A stretch of 64,000 nucleotides of DNA from a virus (lineage: Duplodnaviria > Caudoviricetes). Shown here one piece after another: positions 17,756 to 27,280 of the stretch; position 1 is the stretch's first letter, and each line of letters starts with the position of its first letter. The translations under genes and the position numbers were made by a program. The stretch spans positions 17,703 through 81,702 of the IMG/VR virus record IMGVR_UViG_3300002839_000006, one strand, 5' to 3'. Below the pieces are notes generated by a model that worked only from the letters and a program-made list of their open reading frames with translations, searched no databases and was not told the DNA's origin.

Positions 17756-17989
17756 TTAAGATTTTGGTAAATAGTATCGCCTTGAGAAGTAACCTGGAGT
17801 GTCAAATTCCATATTGTCACTATTTAAGAAACGAAATCCTTCGTATCCGTTGCACGTATGCAATACTTTTTGAATCATTTCACATATCCCTGCTTTATAA
17901 TCCTTTGTTGCATCATCATCTGTTCTTTCAAGTTGTTTATTTGCGTAATCCAACAACAACTGCACTGAAACTGTTTTATTTGCTGCCAT
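17756..17989 (-). CDS. Hypothetical protein
   Basis: 77 aa; first gene after the box at 18015. Confidence 0.6.
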   Translation of the reverse strand: MAANKTVSVQLLLDYANKQLERTDDDATKDYKAGICEMIQKVLHTCNGYEGFRFLNSDNMEFDTPGYFSRRYYLPKS

Positions 17990-18065
17990 GATATTCTTGT
18001 TTTAAATTATGGCTTAAAATTAATATAAAAACCATTACAAACTTAACTATTAATAAAAATAATCA

Positions 18066-18088
18066 TAATTTATAATGGTTTTAAATAA
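18066..18088. promoter_or_regulatory. 23-bp palindromic site, 51 bp from TAAAATT box at 18015
   Basis: TAATTTATAA-TGG-TTTTAAATAA. Confidence 0.65.
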
Positions 18089-18112
18089 GAAACATGGTTA
18101 ACTCATTAATTA

Positions 18113-19282
18113 TCACTTAGTCTTCTTTCCCTCTTCTAATTCGCCTTGTATCATTTTAATTAATTGCTCCCGTTTAGTCTTGACCAACTCAGCTTGTTTG
18201 AATGGTATCTCCTCATATTCTACCAGGTCATCTGTCCTCTCTGCGGGTTTAGTTGATTGGTAGGTGCTTATCTCATTCCAGTCATAGTTCCTTATTAAAT
18301 CCATAGTCTGAGGTGGCTGACCATGATTATTTAGCTTCTTAAACCCATTAAAGTCCTTATAGAAACTATTGACCAGTGATGTCATTATCATATTGGGATT
18401 CAGGTTCATCTTAGCTGCTACAAGATATACTGGTATCATATTAATAGGTATCTTCCTACTTATCTCTTGTATAGTTTGGCTTGCCTGTATAGAAGCATTA
18501 ATATCTATCTTACCATCTATAGTTAATAGGATCTGGTCACCCTTTATTTCTTTCCTTGCCTGTTCTACTATTGCCCTTATCTCCCTACTATAAGCTAATA
18601 GGTCATCTTTTTTAATGTCTGGAAGGTTTGATATATCGGTGAATAGTTTTACGAACTTAGCATGTAGCATAGCTAATGTCTCCATACGTCCCGCATCTGT
18701 AGCCAAGTAATGGTTCTTACTACTGCTTATGAACTCTGTCCTCTTCTTTTCTATTATGTCTTTATTGCGTAGGAAGAACTTATATAATGCTTGTATATCA
18801 GCCGAGTAACCCCAATCTAATACCTTCTGGTGTACCTCTTCATGTGTCATATACTTACCATACAAGTCGATAAGATCAGCCTGTCTCCACTCGTATATGT
18901 TTTTACCAGCCCTTGGTCGGATGTATTGCAACCATTTAAATTTTAGTCTTGATTTTTGGAGTTTCCTATCCATCATAACCACACATATCTCCTTCAATCT
19001 TACCAGGTCTGTCTCACATATATTTGCCTCCTTTGCTCGTTTAACGGGAACTCCATTAAGCATCATACAATCAATGTGTACTATTTCCTTATTCACCTGA
19101 TTTATAAAGCTAAAATACCTGCTTTTATCCTCTACTATCAATTTACTGATCTCTAACCACTTGATATACACCTCTTTAATATCATCAGGTGCGTCCTTCA
19201 TCTCCTCAGGAATTACCATAATAATCCCCTCGCTCCCATTAACTGTGTCAAATTCTTCCTTCTCTATATCTTCTATACTCAT
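18113..19282 (-). CDS. Hypothetical helical protein
   Basis: 389-aa ORF; no motif I can assign. Confidence 0.7.
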   Translation of the reverse strand: MSIEDIEKEEFDTVNGSEGIIMVIPEEMKDAPDDIKEVYIKWLEISKLIVEDKSRYFSFINQVNKEIVHIDCMMLNGVPVKRAKEANICETDLVRLKEICVVMMDRKLQKSRLKFKWLQYIRPRAGKNIYEWRQADLIDLYGKYMTHEEVHQKVLDWGYSADIQALYKFFLRNKDIIEKKRTEFISSSKNHYLATDAGRMETLAMLHAKFVKLFTDISNLPDIKKDDLLAYSREIRAIVEQARKEIKGDQILLTIDGKIDINASIQASQTIQEISRKIPINMIPVYLVAAKMNLNPNMIMTSLVNSFYKDFNGFKKLNNHGQPPQTMDLIRNYDWNEISTYQSTKPAERTDDLVEYEEIPFKQAELVKTKREQLIKMIQGELEEGKKTK

Positions 19283-19326
19283 CTATTATGTTTTTGACTT
19301 AGTTTATTGTGTTTTAGTTTACCCTT

Positions 19327-19833
19327 TTATTCTTTTACAGTATTTAAAATAGTTACTGCAATTGCTACTTGTTCTTCGGTTAATCCTTCCATAGAATTAC
19401 ACTGTATGAAGTGATCTTTGTGTTCTAATAACATATCTGTGTCATCATCCAATATTATATAATTCCACTCTTTCCCTATTTCTTTTCTTTTCCAATCCTT
19501 ACCATTATTTGAATGTATGTTTGTATCTATCCACTGTTTTATTTCTACTCCTCTTGGAATAGATAAATGAACACCCTTCTCAATATAGTGGTAAGCTCTT
19601 ATTGTTATCCCTATTATTCTTTTACTGAATAAGAAGCCTTTCTTGGTCATGTATTCTCTTGTCTCTTCTAAATCAGACTTTCTCCAACAAGAAGTTAATA
19701 CAATCTCAGCATCTGTAGCAGCTAAAATATCTGATAATAATTCTTGTTTTTTATCTGATAATCCCCATAATCCACCGCTGTCATCTGCTATTGCAATTAC
19801 CCCATCAATATCAAGAAATATTATCTTTCTCAT
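19327..19833 (-). CDS. HAD-superfamily phosphatase (HAD_SAK_2-like)
   Basis: IIFLDIDGV, IVLTSCWR, YIILDDD.DML, GLT motifs; start moved to MRKII (19833). Confidence 0.85.
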   Translation of the reverse strand: MRKIIFLDIDGVIAIADDSGGLWGLSDKKQELLSDILAATDAEIVLTSCWRKSDLEETREYMTKKGFLFSKRIIGITIRAYHYIEKGVHLSIPRGVEIKQWIDTNIHSNNGKDWKRKEIGKEWNYIILDDDTDMLLEHKDHFIQCNSMEGLTEEQVAIAVTILNTVKE

Positions 19834-19840
19834 CCTCTTT

Positions 19841-20077
19841 TTATTTTTCTTGTGGTTCATCAAATGGTGTGCCAAAATCACTTACCTTTGTTATCTTTAT
19901 TCCTCTTTCTACTTCTTTCTTAATGAATAGTTCTTTATACTTCTGATATTCCCTAACCCAACCAGTTAATCCACATTCCTTTAACTTCATAAAGGTTATT
20001 ATCCTATACACAGTTTCAAGCAGCTTATCTGCAGCACTTATCTGATCATTCATCTTCTTTAGTTGTTCTTCACTCAT
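19841..20077 (-). CDS. Hypothetical protein
   Basis: 78-aa ORF within the minus-strand run. Confidence 0.5.
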   Translation of the reverse strand: MSEEQLKKMNDQISAADKLLETVYRIITFMKLKECGLTGWVREYQKYKELFIKKEVERGIKITKVSDFGTPFDEPQEK

Positions 20078-20129
20078 ATTCTTTTATTTTTATTCATCTT
20101 CATCATTATCAAACAAATCAATTGAAAAT

Positions 20130-20369
20130 TCATTCACCTTCACTCTTTTCATTTTCTCTGAAATATTCCATCAAATTTGGTCCCAACTTTTCAATAGCTA
20201 TATTAATCTTTGGTCTATAACACTTTTCAAGATCATAAATCATTGATTCAATAAAACACAATACATTGTATATCTCTTCATTTGATGATTTGTTATTTAC
20301 TTTAAATCGCTTTATACTGCCTGACTCTTCAACTTCCCTAATCAGCTTTATTATTTCTTTCTTATCCAT
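20130..20369 (-). CDS. Hypothetical protein
   Basis: 79-aa ORF within the minus-strand run. Confidence 0.5.
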   Translation of the reverse strand: MDKKEIIKLIREVEESGSIKRFKVNNKSSNEEIYNVLCFIESMIYDLEKCYRPKINIAIEKLGPNLMEYFRENEKSEGE

Positions 20370-20512
20370 CTCCCTACCCTTTATTTATTTTCTCCAACTC
20401 AGCCCTTAATTCTTGATCAACCAATAGATACTCTTCATATGTAATGATATTGTTTAGATATCTAATACAATTGTACATTGTTTTAAAGTCCAACCCTATC
20501 CTCTTGAACCCA

Positions 20513-20875
20513 TTAGTTATTCTCTTCATAGTCGTATGTCTTTGGTATCATGTACGAGTTACTCTTCTCTTCTATCTCTCTTCTTAGTTCTTCTTCATAT
20601 GCCAATCTTTGTTCCAGACTTCCCTTCCCCAGATGCTCTTCCTTTAATTCAGTAGAGCCCATCTCTTTCTGTGTTTCAATGTCAAGCTGTTTCATAAGAT
20701 AAGTTTTAAATTCTAACTGCTCTGATATTCTGTTATCATAATCGTTTAAAAGATTCAATGATTCAAGAAACTCTTTATTTGGTTTCCGCTTTATAATGTT
20801 TTTACATCCATCAAATATATCTATATTTATCTCTGCTCTCCTTAATAATCTTTCTACTATTTGTCTATCTGTCAT
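20513..20875 (-). CDS. Hypothetical protein
   Basis: 120-aa ORF directly downstream of tRNA-Ile. Confidence 0.55.
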   Translation of the reverse strand: MTDRQIVERLLRRAEINIDIFDGCKNIIKRKPNKEFLESLNLLNDYDNRISEQLEFKTYLMKQLDIETQKEMGSTELKEEHLGKGSLEQRLAYEEELRREIEEKSNSYMIPKTYDYEENN

Positions 20876-20897
20876 CCCTGTTTGTTTTTAATTGTTG

Positions 20898-20971
20898 TAG
20901 TGAATAATGGACTCGAACCATTGACCTTCTGTGTATCGGACAGATACTCTAACCAACTGAGTTAATTCACT
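20898..20971 (-). tRNA. tRNA-Ile (GAT), atypical C33
   Basis: Acceptor AGTGAAT/ATTCACT, D arm ACTC-AGTTGGTTA-GAGT, anticodon arm TCTGT-CCGATAC-ACAGA, T arm AATGG-TTCGAGT-CCATT; CCA not encoded. Confidence 0.88.
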
Positions 20972-21167
20972 TCTTCTTTAATTGTTTTCTTTCCCGCTCT
21001 CTTCTTTCTCTTCTAGACTCCTTTATACCTTGTTTAAAATTACTTGCACTTATTGTTAGTGTGCTCTCTGTAATAGGTTTTATATCATCAAGATTTTGTA
21101 GAAATCCATATGGTACACCACTTTCAATATTCTCTATGGTTTCTTTAGATAGTTCTGTTTCTTTCAT
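20967..21167 (-). CDS. Hypothetical protein
   Basis: 66 aa; its stop codon lies inside the tRNA-Ile acceptor stem. Confidence 0.5.
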   Translation of the reverse strand: MKETELSKETIENIESGVPYGFLQNLDDIKPITESTLTISASNFKQGIKESRRERRERERKQLKKK

Positions 21168-21397
21168 ATTGATTTTCCTTTATAATTTTCCAAAAACTTC
21201 CTTTTCTCTTCTTCAATATCGCAACCCTTATCTCTAAGTATTACTAAGCTGCCAATTTGTATCTTAATCTTATCATCAATAGGTGGAGACATTGCAATTG
21301 CCTTCTCTCGTCCCTTCTTCCACTTTACTAATGCTTCATCAAACTTTACTGCTCCCCGAGTATCTTTCCTCCTCGACTTCCATGTTGAATCTTTCAT
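21164..21397 (-). CDS. Hypothetical protein
   Basis: 77 aa; ATGA overlap. Confidence 0.5.
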   Translation of the reverse strand: MKDSTWKSRRKDTRGAVKFDEALVKWKKGREKAIAMSPPIDDKIKIQIGSLVILRDKGCDIEEEKRKFLENYKGKSI

Positions 21398-21614
21398 TTT
21401 TCTTCTCCCTTTCTATTTTTAACCTTAGTGAATTATTTTCACTCTCTATCATTCTTAATTTAACCTCTAATTGTTTGTTGACTAACTTTGAATATTCTTC
21501 CATTATATATCTTAACATTGAACCACTCATCCCAGAATTATCTTCAGCATACTCTAAATAGTTCTGTTCTATAAATTGCCTTGCTCTTATCATTGTTTTA
21601 AACGTGTTAGACAA
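21339..21614 (-). CDS. Hypothetical coiled-coil protein
   Basis: 91 aa; overlaps the next ORF by 59 nt, so boundaries are uncertain. Confidence 0.4.
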   Translation of the reverse strand: MSNTFKTMIRARQFIEQNYLEYAEDNSGMSGSMLRYIMEEYSKLVNKQLEVKLRMIESENNSLRLKIEREKKNERFNMEVEEERYSGSSKV

Positions 21615-21700
21615 AGTATTTTTATTTCTTAATGGATTATATCACTCTTTAAATAAAATGTATTAGAACTCTTTAGAATAAGTTTCTTGCATATAAATTG

Positions 21701-21904
21701 TTATATCACCTTACTCTTATTTAGAAGATAGTTCATTATTCGTTTTACTCTACTTGTCTTTTTCTCAACAAATATAAAGTACTTTCTGTCCCTTGCCTGT
21801 TTCATACATTCTCTTCTCTTTTCAGTAGGACATACGGAAGGCTTTCTATAGAAGCAACCAGTACATGAGAATTGCTCTACTTGTTTAAGTTCTATCTGTA
21901 CCAT
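21701..21904 (-). CDS. Small Cys4 (CxxC..C..C) protein
   Basis: FSCTGCFY...VCP...ECMK...YFIFVE. Confidence 0.6.
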   Translation of the reverse strand: MVQIELKQVEQFSCTGCFYRKPSVCPTEKRRECMKQARDRKYFIFVEKKTSRVKRIMNYLLNKSKVI

Positions 21905-22169
21905 AATGCTTATCTTTACTTACCATTTCAAAAACTTCTTTCTGAACTTCTGCCAGTTTCTCCATTGTTATATCTTTATCAAAGAAGATTCTCACCTCAT
22001 ATTCATCACAATTATTTGGCATGAATAAAAAGTAATAATCTTTAGATATTGCAGATTTATCAGTCCCCTTTACTATAGCATCATATTCTGCCATATTAGT
22101 TTTAGGTGGCAGCTTTACTACTATTACTGGTTTTCTCTCACCGTTTGGGTTGATTATTGTCTTTGTCAT
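21885..22169 (-). CDS. Hypothetical protein
   Basis: Likely start MTKTII at 22169. Confidence 0.5.
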   Translation of the reverse strand: MTKTIINPNGERKPVIVVKLPPKTNMAEYDAIVKGTDKSAISKDYYFLFMPNNCDEYEVRIFFDKDITMEKLAEVQKEVFEMVSKDKHYGTDRT

Positions 22170-22173
22170 CTTA

Positions 22174-22374
22174 TCAGTTTTTTGAGAACAATGCTGCAAT
22201 GATTACAAATACTACTAAAATGAATATTCCTAAAGACAATCCAATCCACAATGGACTTAATACCCACCACCATGACCAATCAATCTGGTGAAGTAATTTA
22301 AGAACTATAAAAACAATTGTTAACAAGCCTGTGAAGCCTATTCCTGAACTTGATGATGAACTTGATCCTGACAT
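22174..22374 (-). CDS. Small membrane protein (GIGF.GLL.IVFIVLKL...IDWSWWWVLSPLW family)
   Basis: Poly-Ser N-terminus and two TM segments; a widespread phage family. Confidence 0.75.
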   Translation of the reverse strand: MSGSSSSSSSGIGFTGLLTIVFIVLKLLHQIDWSWWWVLSPLWIGLSLGIFILVVFVIIAALFSKN

Positions 22375-22379
22375 ACTCT

Positions 22380-22640
22380 TTACTTTTTATAGGTGATTTT
22401 AAGTGATTTAGGACTGTATCCTTTATTTATATAATTCTTTTTCATTACTTGTAGCAGGGCAAACGGTTTGTTCTCTTCAAGAATATTTACTGCCCTTGGT
22501 TGTAATACTGATGAACCATTAATGACTACTGACTTGTATAATATCTCTACCAGATCACCATGTGTTGGCTTCTCCTTCTTTGGTTCTATACCATGAGCTT
22601 TGTGTAGTCCAAACTCTCTTTTTTGTTTTTCAGTTACCAT
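22380..22640 (-). CDS. Hypothetical protein
   Basis: 86-aa ORF. Confidence 0.55.
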   Translation of the reverse strand: MVTEKQKREFGLHKAHGIEPKKEKPTHGDLVEILYKSVVINGSSVLQPRAVNILEENKPFALLQVMKKNYINKGYSPKSLKITYKK

Positions 22641-22642
22641 GA

Positions 22643-22816
22643 TTATTCAGAATCAGATAAATCATCATCCCCAATCCACCACGTATCCAAATCACTATTT
22701 TCAGCCTTATAATGATCAGTATATAACTGTATAATAGTTACAATAGACCCTATTTTAAACTGATGGTGACAACTATTTGCTATCACTTTTACTTTGTCTC
22801 CTACTTTGTACTTCAT
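22643..22816 (-). CDS. Small SH3/KOW-like protein (57 aa, absent from the ORF track)
   Basis: Manual translation MKYKVGDKVKVIANSCHHQFKIGSIVTIIQLYTDHYKAENSDLDTWWIGDDDLSDSE*; follows the box at 22841. Confidence 0.65.
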   Translation of the reverse strand: MKYKVGDKVKVIANSCHHQFKIGSIVTIIQLYTDHYKAENSDLDTWWIGDDDLSDSE

Positions 22817-22892
22817 CTTCTGTTCTTTTAAATTATGGCTTAAAATTAAATAAAATATTAATCACTTTTATCTTTTGTGTTAAAAATAATTC

Positions 22893-22915
22893 TTATTTAT
22901 AAAGATTATTAATTA
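22893..22915. promoter_or_regulatory. 23-bp palindromic site, 52 bp from TAAAATT box at 22841
   Basis: TTATTTATAA-AGA-TTATTAATTA. Confidence 0.6.
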
Positions 22916-23221
22916 CTTACCACATCCATCACTATCATTAAATCTTACTCTTCTAAGTTCTTCTCTTAAGAATTTAAGATAAGTTAGTCTTGCATATTCA
23001 ACAGCATCTTCTACCTTTTTAAATTCCTTAGCAGGCACTTCCATATCTCCAGAGCGCATTGGATGATCTGTTACTAACCATCTACCAATAATAGAAGACT
23101 TGAATGATTTTGTGTCTTCATCATAATACTCAACTGGTTCTGATGAACAAAATACTTGTATAGGTAAAGCTACCTTGACATCCTGAAATCCCAATTCATC
23201 TGTAACTATTTCAAACTCCAT
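22913..23221 (-). CDS. Hypothetical protein
   Basis: 102-aa ORF. Confidence 0.55.
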   Translation of the reverse strand: MEFEIVTDELGFQDVKVALPIQVFCSSEPVEYYDEDTKSFKSSIIGRWLVTDHPMRSGDMEVPAKEFKKVEDAVEYARLTYLKFLREELRRVRFNDSDGCGK

Positions 23222-23396
23222 CTTCTTTCTTCTTTTTAGAATAAATGTGTCTTACTACTTCCTTACCATTAATCATCTCTCTCTTCATACTGATATAAAG
23301 ATTATATTCTCTCTCTTTAAGAATCTTTAATATTTCAGTAGCCTGTTTCCTGTTCTGATTGTTAATAAAATCTGTACCAATTTCAAAGTTAGCCAT
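23211..23396 (-). CDS. Hypothetical protein
   Basis: 61-aa ORF. Confidence 0.5.
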   Translation of the reverse strand: MANFEIGTDFINNQNRKQATEILKILKEREYNLYISMKREMINGKEVVRHIYSKKKKEDGV

Positions 23397-23430
23397 TAAT
23401 AAGATTTAAGTCTTAAACCAAAATTTAATA

Positions 23431-26013
23431 TTAAGAACATTTGCTCCAACCGCAGCTTTTGCAGGTGTTACAACCGTCGGTGTGAGTCAATTCTCCTCCG
23501 CATTCAGGGCAGACTCCTTTTTCTTGTTTTATATAATTCTTTAATACCCTTGAAACTACCTTATCAAAGGAAGTTACTATAGCATATGATTCAATATCTT
23601 CTATTATCCATTTAGGATCAATATGATGCCGTAACATCATAGAATACTTACGTGTACTTACCTGATCTATATTATCTATAAGATCAATGATATTTGGAAT
23701 AGTATATGCCTTATCAGAATCAGGATCATTACCTACTAACTTATATATCCTACTCTTTATCTTAGTTACTGTCCCTTTAGTTATCTTAGTAGGGAATAGA
23801 TGATTAGCTACCTCAGGGAATGCAAACACTTCGAAAGGCTTCCCGTTGTACTTACCTACCAATAGCATCCAATTCTGTTTTAGAGCTGTCTTATGGTATA
23901 TATCACACTCCAACTTCTCAGGTCTTTTAACTGCATCAATATAATTAAACTCCTTAGTAGGTTCTGTTTGTGATACCAATATCCCTGACCTGCTTCCTTC
24001 TCTATATATTGTCATACCCTTACAACCTGACTCGTATGCAGCAAGATATATTTGGTTAACTGTTTCAACAGTTGTATTCTCTGGTATGTTGCAAGTGGCT
24101 GATATTGAATGGTCTACCCACTTTTGTATGCTTCCTTGCATCTTAACTTTATTAACCCAATTAACATCGTCAGAAGTTGCCTTGTAGTAGGGGGACTTAG
24201 TTATAAGTAGGTCTAACTCTTCCCGAGTATACATGTCAAGTGGCTTCTTGAAGTCCAAATTAAATAGTTCTGGACTTGTTTTATACCAGTTCACATCATA
24301 CCACTCTTCAAACTTGTGGTGGAAAACATTATACTCAACAAACATTTCACCCTGTTCATCAGTGAAAGTTGCAAGAGCTTTATCGGTTGTTCTCCTTCTC
24401 CTTTTATAATATATTTTGAAGCAAGGTTCTACCCCTGAAGTAGTTTGGGTCATTAAAGAAACTGTACCTGCAGGTGCTATAGTGAGATTAGCAATATTCC
24501 TTCTCCCTGATTCTTTATATAGGCTACTTATAGTTATTGAATCTTGATTTATCTCATTCATTACTCTTTGTATGAATGGATTGTGCTTCTCTGCTTCTTC
24601 TGACCAATCCTTAAAACAACCTCTTTCACTTGCCATTACTATGGATGACATGTATGAGTTGACTGCTAAAGTTTTGTGCACGTTGGTTGAGAATTCAATA
24701 GCTCCTTCTGAACCATATACAAAATTCATAGCAGCCAACATATCTCCCTCTCCAGTTATACCTAACCCTGTTCTACGTCCCTCTACTGCTTGTTGTCTTA
24801 TCTTTCTCCAGAGGTTCATCTCAACAGACTTTATATTATCTGACTCTGGATCATTTGCTATTTTATCTGTTATCTTATCTATCTTTTCTATTTCAAGATC
24901 AACAAGATCATCCATCAACCTTTGCGCTATCCTAACGTGTTGTTCAAATTGATGATAATTAAATGCACAGTTATCTTGAAATGGGTTTATAACATATGAA
25001 TAAAGGTTTAAAAGGAGTAGTCTACAACTGTCGTATCTTGCCAAACTCAATTCAGAACATGGGTTAACACCTACTGTTTCGAACTGTTCATAACAATCTG
25101 CAGGGGACTCTGTGATAATTTTATCCCAAAACAAAATTCCTGGTTCTGCTGATTTCCAAGAATTATACATTAACTTATCCCACAGTTTCTTTGCCTTTAT
25201 TTTCTTTACATAAACTATATCCCCTCTATGACTAAACTCATCATTGTAAAACATATGCTCTTCAAGTTTGTCATATTCCATTCTTGACCTATCAGTATAT
25301 CCAGATATATCATAACCAATTGGAAATGTTTGGTAGAAATCAGCATCTCCCTTCACTGCATCCATAAACTCATCAGTAATACGTAAAGATATGTTAGCAT
25401 CATTTATATTGCCACCCTCCAACTTGGAATCAATAAACCTTTCTGCATCTGGATGTTGACATGACATACTCAACATTAATGCCCCTCTTCTGTCACCCTG
25501 CCTTACTTCCTTGGTTGAATTAGAATACCTCTGTGCATATAATATTGACCCTGCCATATCAGATAGTACCGAGTTATTTGCCATTGAACCATTAGGTCTC
25601 AGATGTGATAAATCGTGTCCTACTCCACCCCTTCTCTTTGCTATCTGTACTTGTTCCTCATCTGCTCTCATTATTGAACCGTAGGAGTCACCGTTCTCCC
25701 CTATAACAAAACAATTAGACAGAGAGATAATAAGATTATCATTCCCTATACCTGTCATTGGACTGCCTTGTGGTACTATATACTTGAAGTCTTTGAATAG
25801 TTGGTAAATCTCTTCTTCTGAAATAGGGTGGGGATAATTCTTTTCTATCCTTGCAAATTCTTTCGCTAAACGTCGATGTATATCGTCAGGTGTTGATTCT
25901 AAAATATTTCCATGTTTGTCCTTCATAAAATATTTATCAATACAAACCTGGGAAGCTAAATTGTCTCCTTTAAAATATTCTAAAACTTTGGGTAGTATTT
26001 CTTCTTTAGTCAT
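23431..26013 (-). CDS. nrdJ: Class II (adenosylcobalamin-dependent) ribonucleotide reductase
   Basis: SLSNCFVI, RRGGVG.DLS.LRP, RRGALM, NPCSEL, TIAPAGT.S; C-terminal zinc ribbon CPECG...C..CGWSKC; no class I beta subunit nearby. Confidence 0.92.
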   Translation of the reverse strand: MTKEEILPKVLEYFKGDNLASQVCIDKYFMKDKHGNILESTPDDIHRRLAKEFARIEKNYPHPISEEEIYQLFKDFKYIVPQGSPMTGIGNDNLIISLSNCFVIGENGDSYGSIMRADEEQVQIAKRRGGVGHDLSHLRPNGSMANNSVLSDMAGSILYAQRYSNSTKEVRQGDRRGALMLSMSCQHPDAERFIDSKLEGGNINDANISLRITDEFMDAVKGDADFYQTFPIGYDISGYTDRSRMEYDKLEEHMFYNDEFSHRGDIVYVKKIKAKKLWDKLMYNSWKSAEPGILFWDKIITESPADCYEQFETVGVNPCSELSLARYDSCRLLLLNLYSYVINPFQDNCAFNYHQFEQHVRIAQRLMDDLVDLEIEKIDKITDKIANDPESDNIKSVEMNLWRKIRQQAVEGRRTGLGITGEGDMLAAMNFVYGSEGAIEFSTNVHKTLAVNSYMSSIVMASERGCFKDWSEEAEKHNPFIQRVMNEINQDSITISSLYKESGRRNIANLTIAPAGTVSLMTQTTSGVEPCFKIYYKRRRRTTDKALATFTDEQGEMFVEYNVFHHKFEEWYDVNWYKTSPELFNLDFKKPLDMYTREELDLLITKSPYYKATSDDVNWVNKVKMQGSIQKWVDHSISATCNIPENTTVETVNQIYLAAYESGCKGMTIYREGSRSGILVSQTEPTKEFNYIDAVKRPEKLECDIYHKTALKQNWMLLVGKYNGKPFEVFAFPEVANHLFPTKITKGTVTKIKSRIYKLVGNDPDSDKAYTIPNIIDLIDNIDQVSTRKYSMMLRHHIDPKWIIEDIESYAIVTSFDKVVSRVLKNYIKQEKGVCPECGGELTHTDGCNTCKSCGWSKCS

Positions 26014-26015
26014 TC

Positions 26016-26477
26016 TTAGTTTTCTATTGGTTCAAACACTTCGACAGTTCTTATTCCATGATATATATCTTCATAATGAGGATATTTAATATTGATATTC
26101 ATTGGATTAGGATCATGAACAATATTAAAATCTTTATCTACAACTACAGCATGTAATATACCACTCAACTCTCCATTGGTGTTATATTTAGGACTACACA
26201 CTGTCGCATAAAATAAACCATTCACCCCATTAAACTCTTTTAATCTGTCAAGAGATGAATCTTTATGTGTCTTATCCCACATAATAGGGTTATAGAGTAC
26301 TGTCTTCCATTTATAACCCTTTGAAGCGAAATATTCTTCAAATTTCTCCCACCATTCTGTTCCTAATTCAACAAACGGTGGAACATTCTCATATTCCTCA
26401 TCAAACATACTTGCAATAGATGACTGCATACAATCTCCATGTCCAATGTCTACTATTCTTTGATATACTTTCTTCAT
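26016..26477 (-). CDS. Hypothetical phage protein (possible papain-like fold)
   Basis: GDCMQSSIAS...HAVVV...IVHDPNP: Cys/His/Asp spacing. Confidence 0.55.
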   Translation of the reverse strand: MKKVYQRIVDIGHGDCMQSSIASMFDEEYENVPPFVELGTEWWEKFEEYFASKGYKWKTVLYNPIMWDKTHKDSSLDRLKEFNGVNGLFYATVCSPKYNTNGELSGILHAVVVDKDFNIVHDPNPMNINIKYPHYEDIYHGIRTVEVFEPIEN

Positions 26478-26479
26478 TC

Positions 26480-26824
26480 TTAGTTCTGGTCTATCTTAGT
26501 TAATTTTTCTGAGTCTGTTATCCATATTACTGGCATACTTTGTGGTGCTACCTCTAACTGTATTGAATTTCTGTTCATGAAGTACTTCTTGCTGAATCCA
26601 CTGTACATCCTACATAATTTATCTACCAACTCTTGGAACTTATCTGATGTCATACCAACAATAATAGGTTGTAGTTTATACTCTGCATCGACCTCTTTTA
26701 TATGCTGTATCTGTGCCTGTAGATGTTCTTTAAGTGTTGCATCGCTTGGGAGATACTCTTGGAATGGTTCAAAGTCTGTTACATCCTTCCTATATCCCTT
26801 ACTATCATCTATGTAGTATTTCAT
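26480..26824 (-). CDS. Hypothetical protein
   Basis: 114-aa ORF. Confidence 0.55.
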   Translation of the reverse strand: MKYYIDDSKGYRKDVTDFEPFQEYLPSDATLKEHLQAQIQHIKEVDAEYKLQPIIVGMTSDKFQELVDKLCRMYSGFSKKYFMNRNSIQLEVAPQSMPVIWITDSEKLTKIDQN

Positions 26825-26827
26825 TCC

Positions 26828-27280
26828 TTATTTGAATTTATTGTTTATAGAATCCCGATATTTGTTTATCTTTTCCTTAAAATTCAAAAAGAATTCTTTA
26901 CTTGTTTCATTCAATATACGAATAGTATTCTCAGTATCTTTAATTATTTCATCTACATTGGGATCATTATGCACATTAACAATCTCTTTTCTTTTTCTTT
27001 CCACTAATTTTTGTATCTCATCTTCAGTGTAAAGAACACCTGCTTCATTCAATAGGTATCTTACCCTCTTCTCTGTTTCTTTAATAGTAGGTGGAACAAA
27101 CTCTTTTACTTTCTTCCATACGTTACCATTTTTGTCGTCTTTCAACATACTACAAATAGAATGTGTTAAATCTCCACATCTTTCTACACCATGTAAATCA
27201 CATAATGAACAAGGATGATTTATGAGTTCATACTCTTCTTTCCCTATCTTTATTTTTAAATTATTAATCAAAAGCTTCAT
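26828..27280 (-). CDS. Protein with N-terminal Cys4 domain
   Basis: Start MKLLINN at 27280 (ATGA overlap with the groEL stop); PCSLCDL...RC...IC. Confidence 0.6.
   Translation of the reverse strand: MKLLINNLKIKIGKEEYELINHPCSLCDLHGVERCGDLTHSICSMLKDDKNGNVWKKVKEFVPPTIKETEKRVRYLLNEAGVLYTEDEIQKLVERKRKEIVNVHNDPNVDEIIKDTENTIRILNETSKEFFLNFKEKINKYRDSINNKFK

Noticed and set aside
18113-19282. Terminase small subunit
   Set aside because: Helical and plausible in size, but there is no recognisable motif and no large subunit nearby.
22174-22374. Holin
   Set aside because: It has two TM segments, but belongs to a widespread small phage membrane family and has no endolysin or spanin neighbour.
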